Shown here piece after piece: positions 53,412 through 64,000 of a DNA stretch of 64,000 nt. The stretch spans positions 15,748,001 through 15,812,000 of the forward strand of contig OX597826.1 in the NCBI GenBank assembly GCA_951406725.2. Reading direction: 5' to 3'. The DNA is from Octopus vulgaris. Lineage: Eukaryota. Both the position numbers and the translations under genes were made by a program. The first letter of the stretch is position 1. Every line of letters begins with the position of its first letter. The notes below the pieces were generated by a model, which made no database searches, was not told where the DNA came from, and saw only the letters and a list, made by a program, of their open reading frames with translations.

Positions 53412-55173
53412 TCAACGAGGAGTTTGCATATTAAGTTGTGTTTGGAATTTTTCAATAAAGAGATTCTCCTTGTTAATTCTCTCCTGTGTGGTGATCCCGT
53501 CTTTACATTGGTAGAAGGGGAATATATAGAATTTGGGGTTTAAGTCTTTAGCACATGAGTCTAAGTGGTCACTCAGTGGAATTTGTCGGTATTCCGGGAG
53601 ATTTATTTGTTCTTTATGCACCGTTACTCGTTTACGTAACGGGAGACTCGTTTGTCCAACATAATTATGTTGGCAACCAGCGCATGTGAGAACGTAGATA
53701 AGGTTCTCGGAGGAACAGGAGAAGTTAGTCTTGATTTTAAACTTCGTACCTTGTTTGAAGGTAAATTCAGAGCCTTCAAGTAGAAAGGGGCAGGTACCAC
53801 AGTTTGAGCGTGCACATTTTTTTACTCTTGGGGGTGTATGTGGTGTGTGAAGTTTGGCATTTGTCAAGAGTTTTTTTAAAGATTTGTGTTGCCTTTTGCA
53901 TTTGAGGATTTTGTGTGTATTTATAATGTTTTTCATTTTTTGGTCTGTTGACAGTAGACTGAGGTTTTGTATGATTGTGGTGTATGCTTCGATATTTTTG
54001 GGGTTGTGGGTGGAAATGTATGGAAGTATTTTGAGGTTGTGTGTGGTGTTAGGTTGGGTGGTCTTCTGTGTAGTGTTGTCTAGTTCTTTGGCGCGTTTTA
54101 TTCCATACTCTATAAGGGTGGAGGGATATTGACGTTGTAATAGTGTTTTTTTGAGGTCTTGAAGGCGTATTTCTCGTGTTTTTGGATCCGAGACAATGGT
54201 GCATACTATTTTAGCTAAATTGAAAGGGATATTTGTCTTGGTGTGTTTTGGGTGGCATGAACTAAAGAGGAGGTATTGTTGTGAGTCTGTAGGTTTGTGG
54301 TAGATGTCTGTTATGATTTGGTTCTTAGGTGTTTTTATAATTAGGAGATCAAGGAATGGGAGATGATGTTTGCTTAATTCCATAGTGAATTGGATGTTGG
54401 GATGTATGTTGTTTAGTATGGTTCTGAATTCCAGGAGTTTTTCATAAGGTTCTTTCCATATGATGAAACAATCATCTAAATACCTTTTCCAGTTTTCCAT
54501 TAGGTAGGTGTGGAAAATATGTCCAAATTTCTGGCTTGATATTTCATAGAGTGACAGTTCGAAGTAACCCATTATGAGGTTCGCAAGGACTGGTGCAGCC
54601 TTGGTACCCATCGCAATGCCACATTTTTGACGGTAGTGTGTGTCGTCGAAGAGAAAAAAATTGTTTGTCAGAATGAACTTAAGAGATTCTGTAATAAAAG
54701 ACTTGTTAATGCGGTCAGGGAATGTCTCTGGGTGTTTTTCTAGCCAGAAGTCAATTGCCTCTATACCATACTCATGTGGAATGTTGGTGTAGAGGTTGAT
54801 GACATCAAAGGATACCAGGAGTGCCTCCTCGTTAACTGTTTTCGGGAGGTGTTTGAGCATGTCCAGATCATCCCTAATGAAACTTTTGATGTGGGTAATG
54901 AAAGGTTTCAAAAGGATGTCTAGGAAGTTACTCAGGCGGTGTGTTTCACAGGAGGTACCAGCCACGATGGGCCTTAGTTTTAGGTCCTCCGGTGCTTTGA
55001 TGTTGATGTGGATGTCAGTGGAGAGTTTGCAGGCTTCGGTGATGTATTTGTTTTTATGGATTTTAGGAAGGCCATAAAAAAGGCTGGGCTTGCTTAAATG
55101 GTGATATAATCCCTTTCTTTTTCTGTGCGTCCCTGACCGTGTTGGCGTATGAGTGTGGTGAGGTTTCTGATTG

Positions 55174-55204
<31 letters not shown>

Positions 55205-57195
55205 TGTAGTTGTTAATAACCTCATAGAATATGTTATTGTTAAGCATGGAGAACACTAGGTGTTTATAAAATTCCGTGTCCATAAGGACCACAGCACTCC
55301 CTTTGTCCGCTTCTTTGATGGTGAGGTTTTTATCCAGTTGTATGTCACGTAGGTTTTCCCATTCTTCCTTACTGAAATTGGATTTTACCTTGGTTTTGCT
55401 TGGGGTAAAGGGGAGACTCTGGATGTGTTTACAGAAATCGTCCAGTGTTTTATTTCTCCCTTTTGGTGGTAGGAAGTTGCTTTTATTTTTGATCAATGAA
55501 TCGTCCCCATTGTTGATATCTGTCAAAGCTTCTGTTAGGCGAAGTTTTCGTCAGAATTCAGAAACGTCATCCTTGACCTCCGGGGGGTTGGGTGTTCTTG
55601 TGGTGGGTGTGAATTTCAAACCTCTTGCTAGGATGTTGATTTGGGTTGGTGTCAGTGTTTTGCTGGAGAGGTTTATAATTTTTGTTTTCTTATTTTGGGT
55701 CTGTGTTAGCGGTGGTGTTTGTATTTTTCCCCTCTGTCTAACAAATGGTTGTTGAGGTAAGGGGTGTATTCTTTGTTAAAGTTCTGGTTGTATGTGTAGG
55801 AGTGTTTTTGGGTGGGGAGGTTGGAGGGGGGTAGGTAGTTGTCGTATTTGTGTTGGTATGGGATGCGATGGTGTAAGGATTTGTGAGAAATGCGATGGGT
55901 TTGTGGGTGTGTGTCTGGTAGATTGTATGGGGGGATGTAGGGGGGTATGTAGTTGTGGTGATTGGGTTCGTGTGGGATGTGAGGGTTTGGAGATCTGTAG
56001 GAGATGTGGTAGGAATGTGGTTGTTGGATGGGTGGACTATAGGGGGTTCGTTGGGTGGGTCTTATATGTATCGGTGTGGGTAGGATGCCTTGTTTGTTAT
56101 TAGTGTGAGGGAGGGGAGCCTTGAGGGGGGATAATTTCTAGTGTATGGGAGGTTCTTGAAGGTTCTAATCGGTGGGGGAGGGGTGTTAGAGTGATTGGAA
56201 AACCAGGTTTTGTGGTGGGTCTTGTTTGAGATGTTTCGGGGGGAAAAGGTTTTTTATATGGTTGGGGGAGGTTGTGTCCTGTTAGGAGGGGGTTTGGAGA
56301 GTATGTGTATTTGAGGTGCGGTTTGGAATGGTGTTTATGGGGTACAGTGGAAGTCTGTGTTGTGGGTACTTTTATGAATGGGTTTTTGGATTTATGGTTT
56401 AATATGAATTGTGTTTCATAGTTGAGGAAGAAATCTTTGTTGTTTTCCCAGCGTTTAAGGGAGGTTCGTTCTTCCTTTTCACATTCATCTTTCCATAGTT
56501 TAATAACAAGTTCGAGGGGCTGTTCGTTGGTGTGTGAGGTTAGTTCTAGAAGTATCTCATCGTCTATTTTTGTGTATTTTTGTTCGTGGTTTTGTGCTCT
56601 GAGTTTTAGAAGTTCTACTTCGGTTTTCATTTTTTCCAATGTTAGTTTTTCTCTTAGGGAGCGTTGTTTTGCAGGTTCGTCTGGGATGTGTTTGATTTGG
56701 AATTTTCGGGGTAGTATGATAGGGGAGGAGTTTAACCATTTGTCGTAAATTTCAGCTTTGTTTTGGTTTTTGAGCATGTTCCAGAAGAGAAGTTTTCTGT
56801 TGTAGTTTCTTAGTCCAAGTAGTGATGAGCTGGTTTTTAATGCGTTGTGCTGGGGTTGAAGTGTGTTCTTTCTGTGTGTTGAGTGGTGTCTGAGGTCTCT
56901 TTGGCGTTGAATTGGTAAGTAGAGTTTTCAGTGTAGTGTTGATTTCATTTAGGTTTACATCTATCTTATCCGAAAGTAGAGTTTTCAGTGTAGTGTTGAT
57001 TTCGTTTAGGTTTACATCAATTTTATCCGAAAGTTGTTGATGATGGTTGTTTTCTGAGTTGTCCCGGGATTGATGGAGAAGTTCGTCAATTTTTTTGGAG
57101 AATGTAAGTAGATGTGTATTGAGTACTTTGAGTTCTTTTAGAATGGTCTTATTGGTGACTGTCTCTGAAAGAGTGCTCTTGTTTTTCGGAGGCAT
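53412..57195 (-). pseudogene. PLE2 polyprotein (long N-terminal region, RT, Zn motif, GIY-YIG), interrupted by frameshifts and stops
   Basis: Segments 56752-57195, 56100-56777 and 53412-55526. Motifs FYGLPKIHK, LRPIV, VSFDVINLYTNIP, QKCGIAMGTKAAP, WKRYLDDCF, CARSNCGTC and NLIYVLTCAGCQHNYVGQT. Confidence 0.93.
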
Positions 57196-57363
57196 TCTGA
57201 ATCACACGGGTGGTAGAGGGTACAGATCAATAAATGGTGGGGTTGTGTTGACCGCACGTGGAGAAATGATAAGTAAGGAAAAAATTTTTTAAAAATGCAG
57301 AATGCTCAAATGAAAGAAAATTTTAATAAAATGAGAAATTGATAAAATATATAAATATATATT

Positions 57364-57404
57364 TATTCAACCGGTTTTCGTCATTGTATGACTTGTCAAG
57401 AATA
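57364..57404 (-). ncRNA. Variant minimal type I hammerhead motif (PLE2 pLTR, copy 2)
   Basis: Identical to copy 1. Confidence 0.65.
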
Positions 57405-58739
57405 TTTATGTTTTAAGAAGTTTTTTTAAAAATTAGAAAGGGGAAAAAAGAAAATTGCATTGTTTTTTGTAAAAGAATAATGATAAAAATGTACAAAAAT
57501 TAAAAAATAAGTTCTCCGATACATTGTGAGTTCGATACATGAAGAGTGAGGTAGAGAAAGGAAGTTTGATCAACGAGGAGTTTGCATATTAAGTTGTGTT
57601 TGGAATTTTTCAATAAAGAGATTCTCCTTGTTAATTCTCTCCTGTGTGGTGATCCCGTCTTTACATTGGTAGAAGGGGAATATATAGAATTTGGGGTTTA
57701 AGTCTTTAGCACATGAGTCTAAGTGGTCACTCAGTGGAATTTGTCGGTATTCCGGGAGATTTATTTGTTCTTTATGCACCGTTACTCAAGACTAACTTCT
57801 CCTGTTCCTCCGAGAACCTTATCTACGTTCTCACATGCGCTGGTTGCCAACATAATTATGTTGGACAAACGAGTCTCCCGTTACGTAAACGAGTAACGGT
57901 GCATAAAGAACAAATAAATCTCCCGGAATACCGACAAATTCCACTGAGTGACCACTTAGACTCATGCGCTAAAGACTTAAACCCCAAATTCTATATATTC
58001 CCCTTCTACCAATGTAAAGACGGGATCACCACACAGGAGAGAATTAACAAGGAGAATCTCTTTATTGAAAAATTCCAAACACAACTTAATATGCAAACTC
58101 CTCGTTGATCAAACTTCCTTTCTCTACCTCACTCTTCATGGATGGACTAACACAAATATATAAAGATACCATGCATTCATCACTTCAAGCTAAAACTTAT
58201 ATTCTTTAAATATCATTTTTACTATTGTTGTTATTACTATCATTTTTATTATAAATGATATGACAATTTGAAATGCAATTGTCTATGCAGATTTATATTA
58301 TTAGAAAATAATATAAATAAAGTGTTAAAATCTGAAAGTTAAGTTAACAAGCAATTATATAAAAAAGATAATGCAAATGAAGCTAAAATGATAGTTTATA
58401 ATTTGGGTTTTATTGAAGAACTCAAAAGAGTTGTCTCCCCTTACTCACAACACAGGAACTGAAGAACCAGGACCACAATTACTACTACTTCCTGTCCTGC
58501 AAACATGCTGAATTTAACAACACAACACAACACATGCTCTTAATCCCTTTGGATCTTAACACCTCAAGGTAATTTTTTCGTAAACAACCATAAAACTCAA
58601 GATACACAACGAACTCACAATGTATCGGAGAACTTATTTTTTAATTTTTGTACATTTTTATCATTATTCTTTTACAAAAAACAATGCAATTTTCTTTTTT
58701 TCCCCTTTCTAATTTTTAAAAAACTTCTTAAAACATAAA

Positions 58740-58780
58740 TATTCTTGACAAGTCATACAATGACGAAAACCGGTTGAATA
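58740..58780 (+). ncRNA. Variant minimal type I hammerhead motif (PLE2 pLTR, inverted copy 3)
   Basis: TATTCTTGACAAGTCATACAATGACGAAAACCGGTTGAATA. Confidence 0.65.
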
Positions 58781-58934
58781 AATATATATTTATATATTTT
58801 ATCAATTTCTCATTTTATTAAAATTTTCTTTCATTTGAGCATTCTGCATTTTTAAAAAATGTTTCCTTACTTATCATTTCTCCACGTGCGGTCAACACAA
58901 CCCCACCATTTATTGATCTATATATATATATATG

Positions 58935-59007
<73 letters not shown>

Positions 59008-59391
59008 TCATATATATGTGTGTGTGCGTGTATGCATGTATTTTTTTTTCTAGTTTCAGCTCAGAGCTGCGGCAGGGAATATATTCCCAAAACTTACAGG
59101 GGAAAATTCAGTTTAACAATTTTAAATCAAATTTCACCATATATAATATACGTATATAATTTAGAGAAAAACCACTATTAAACAATTCAGTAAAGAAAGA
59201 TATTCACACCATATAGAAAACATATACTATAAAAACCTTATTCTAAAAATCAATAAAGTACTGTTTACTATTTATTTTACATTATTAATTTAAATTAAGG
59301 TGTTTTATAGTATATGTTTTTTATATAGTGTGAATGACATCTTTAATGACTCATTATTGAGTTGTTTAATAGTGGTTTTTCTCTAAATTAT

Positions 59392-59449
<58 letters not shown>

Positions 59450-60082
59450 GCATATATATATATATATATACATACATACATACATACATACATACATACA
59501 TACATACATACATACATAATAAATATATATTGAAGCTGCAAATTGTTCACAAAACTGTTACTCAGAGATTCACGTTAACGTTCGAAAGTGAGTTGTTATC
59601 TCCCACAACACAATTGCCCCACGAACGGGAACGGGAATTTCTGAGTAACAGCCTTTTGGAGAGTTTCAGCTTTCATAAAAGAACATTCCCCTACGTTATG
59701 TATTCGAGAATTTTCTTTACCCATCATGTTTAGCATTTATGCGCTCACATCTGTATACATATATACATATATACGAAGTACGATAAGGGGGTAAAACGTA
59801 TTTCACACCGGATGTCAGGGTTGGCAGATTGATGATCCCTCACTCTTTGTTGTATGTATATACGCACACACATGCGCGCGCACACACACATGCGCGCGCA
59901 CACACACATGCGTTCGCACACATGCATAAACAAATTAATATACATATTTATACACACATATTTCTATATCTATACACACGTATCTATAAATACATATATA
60001 GTTAGATATATTAGTGTTTCGATTATGTGTATCTAAAAGAAATGCATTAATGTATACAAATATATACATAAAATGTGTATAT

Positions 60083-60562
<480 letters not shown>

Positions 60563-60843
60563 TATATGTGTGTGTGTGTGTGCATCTGTGTGTGTGTACA
60601 TTTAATTGCGAATGGGTTTTGTTATACGGTGCCGTGTTTTACAATCCAGTATAAATAATGATATTTATATCACCTTAAAGCTTATGCCTATAACCGTGCA
60701 ATGACTAAGGATAGGAAAGCCTTCCTTTTTCTGGCCAGGGTTTATATGCCCCATTATACTTTCGTAATCATTACACGGTGATCACAAAGGCTTTAAGCTT
60801 ATAAAATACCATATATATATATATATATTCTATGTATGTATGT

Positions 60844-61022
60844 ATGTAAGGACAAGCAAGTGAGGCACATCGATATACAAAAAATGTAAATATGTATGCA
60901 GATATAAAAGTCCAATTTACACAGAATTTAAATATTAGGTTTCTTTTAATATGTACATTTTTTATTGAATGTATTTAGTATGTTTTTTTTTATCGTCTTG
61001 CCTAACTTGCTTGTCCTTACAT
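60844..61022. mobile_element. Probable MITE (~180 bp)
   Basis: Inverted termini ATGTAAGGACAAGCAAGTGAGGCA and TGCCTAACTTGCTTGTCCTTACAT (1 mismatch in 24) around an AT-rich interior. Confidence 0.6.
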
Positions 61023-61139
61023 TTATAGTTACCTCTCTACATTTTGTAGTTCAAATCTGTTGATCACTATCAAATGTATTCTATATAGAGAATATATATC
61101 TCTAGTTTATCTATATCTATCTATTTATCTATCTATCCG

Positions 61140-61265
<126 letters not shown>

Positions 61266-62517
61266 GTGGTTGTCTACTCATTATGCTGAATTTGGCCACC
61301 TCATGATTTTTGTGAATCTTAACCATTTTGGATGCATTTAAAATACCAATTGTTATAAGAAATACTGAAAGGTTCAGAAAGACATGTCTCATCTGGTTTG
61401 CTGTGATAATTATAATAATTCATGCGAAAATATGAGATTTTATAATATCAAGCACTAGAGAAAAGTGACGTTTATTAAAAACTAATTGTACGAAATACAT
61501 TTCTATCATCTGGTATTTAAAACAGGTTAGATTCAAAATAGTAACAGATACTCAAATTTGACGCTTGCTATTCACTGAAGATCTTAAATGTCTTTTGTTT
61601 ACACTTTTGTAGTTGCAGTTGTTTTAAACAATATTGAAAAACTGCTTCCTAAGTTATATGAAGTTCTATACATAACTCCTCCATTTTTGATGGTTAACCT
61701 ATCCTTGGAAATGATGACAATACGGGAAATGTTGGAAAAATGAACATTTGAGTTTATGAATAGAACAAAATGGGTTTCGCTTTTTAAATCAGCACCCGAT
61801 AAATTTCTAGAAAACATATCTCCAGCACAGGCAACAAGAAAAAAACGTTTCCCAATGATATATATCTAGGCAAAACAATTTTCTGGAAGTTTCAAGATGG
61901 TAGCTCATTTTATACTTTATTGTACACAAGAGGGAGTATTCTATTTCAATAATTTATCTCATTTTTTTTATGCTACCGCTACCTAAGATCAAATGCCAGC
62001 AGCAAAACCATTTCATTTTTTCCTTCCCACATACATTTTCCTTGCAACAATTCATGTACCAGGAACACTTTATTTAAATAAACAACCCAATAAATTACGG
62101 TCTTGTGCCAATATCAAAAATCAATATTTTGCATATTTTCCGGCACTCTGCAAATAACTGAAATCATAAATCAATATGGAAAATGTATATTACTGGAATA
62201 TAGAAAGAGTATGATCATTATTATTACTTTTTTTTTTGGCGGGGGGAAATGGATAAAGTATATAACTTACACAAGTTTCCATTTAGCTTCATACGAATTT
62301 CCTCAATGATGTAGCATTTCGATTTATAATAATCTATGAAAGTATATTTTCTTTATTTCTTTTTCAAAATATTTGTAATATTTCACCTTTTGTTTCCTCT
62401 ATCCTTCTGTTTTTCTTTCTGTGTAGAACTTGTGAAACTTAGGAACTATATTTAACAACGAAATATTTGCATTACATACCAGACATAATAGGACACATGT
62501 AGACATAAACGCACAAT

Positions 62518-62586
<69 letters not shown>

Positions 62587-62674
62587 TCACACATACGCTT
62601 ACACAAAGGCATAAAAGCACAATATATATTCATGTGTGTATTGCCTCCAGATATAAACATGTATACAGCTACGT

Positions 62675-62711
<37 letters not shown>

Positions 62712-62713
62712 AA

Positions 62714-62823
<110 letters not shown>

Positions 62824-63300
62824 TTCACATACATATATCCATGCGTGCAGGTGGATGTATGTGTACGAGTGGGGGAAATTTCACGAGATGATCTTTTCGA
62901 ATTGCATTAGATACGCACATGGCATGCTTACAATAGACAGCTGCACATTACATCTCTTCTATTAGCTTCGTGGTGAACCATATTTTTTCATCATTTCTTT
63001 GAAATTTAAAATTATAAAAGGAGGGTATAAATGTAACATGCTTTATCTTTTTTATACTCACTGGAATGATAAATATGCATTTAAATATGTGAAGATCATA
63101 GCAATTTTCTTAATATTTCAGTTTTTAAAATGTTTTGCATTGTACCACTTTCTGATAGAGTTTTCAATCTCCAATATAATATGCACAAAATGCCTTCATA
63201 TGTATATTTATGCAAATATGCACATACACGTTTACTAGCATACATGCATACATATATACATACACTCCACATATATATAAGTATATTAATACACAAACAC

Positions 63301-63352
<52 letters not shown>

Positions 63353-63426
63353 TTGTTTATGTGTGTATATATACATATATATGCGTATATATATGTAAAT
63401 ATATATACGCACATATATATATACAG

Positions 63427-63486
<60 letters not shown>

Positions 63487-64000
63487 GCAGTGGGAATATG
63501 TCTTTGTATAACAGCAGCTATGGGAAAGGGAATAGAAATACGTAGTGATTCCACGGAAATAGATGGAGGTTGTAAAAAGGAAGTGCAATCCAAAATTCCT
63601 CGACGAAAGATTTTTTCCTCTGAATAAGAGAGATTACATTTTGTATATGCAGAATGGAAAATCAATAGAAAAAATGCTGTGAATTACAATGATTCAGTTG
63701 AAATAGCTGATGAGATAAGTGGACACTGTATGAGCAGTTATCGCATCAGATTAACGTGTATACATAGATACACACACTCACAAAGACCTACGCACAGACA
63801 TACAAGTGTATACTCACAAACATGAATAAACGGTTACATGCAAACACTTATGTGAAGTTTTCATATGTTGTTATTAACAAAATGAATATTTATAATTAAA
63901 TTCATAGTAAAATGGAGAGCAAATATAAAATGTATGCATAATTTCATCATATATGTGAGATCATTTTTCCTGTACCCGCATAATATATATACATATATAT

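Larger units (their letters stand above)
52601..58918 (-). mobile_element. Penelope-like element 2 (young, Neptune-like) with partial tandem pLTR and 1.13-kb inverted terminal arms
   Basis: 52601-53734 is the reverse complement of 57786-58918. A partial direct pLTR lies at 57225-57534, and (TA)n flanks both ends. Confidence 0.96.

Noticed and set aside
57713-58108. Stand-alone GIY-YIG nuclease gene
   Set aside because: It is a chimeric ORF created by the PLE2 inversion junction, and its N-terminus is antisense PLE sequence.
63480-63640. Candidate exon near the window end
   Set aside because: A possible minus-strand acceptor exists, but there is no recognisable protein and no convincing donor.

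Overview
AT-rich, microsatellite-dense eukaryotic DNA, most likely cephalopod (Octopus-like). That assignment is inferred from the SINE families, the Penelope-like elements and the (TA)n/(TG)n load. No host protein-coding gene can be supported, and nearly all listed ORFs are microsatellite translations or transposon fragments. The window is a nest of transposable elements: two near-full-length Penelope-like elements (PLEs; RT plus GIY-YIG) with pseudo-LTRs carrying variant hammerhead motifs, CR1-type, R4/Dong-type and RTE-type LINE pieces, an apparent ORF1-only element, Tc1/mariner and piggyBac remnants, non-autonomous Helitrons, two probable solo LTRs, MITEs and several tRNA-derived SINE families. 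The most unusual signal is a recurring fold-back architecture anchored in (TA)n. The best example is a non-coding 491-bp tandem array (3037-5467) that switches strand midway. Its hairpins use G-U pairs on one strand only, and its topology matches the inverted PLE at 52601-58918. It is a candidate PLE-mobilised, retrozyme-like RNA element, although assembly artefact is not excluded. All calls were made by eye, without database searches, and the boundaries of degenerate elements are approximate.
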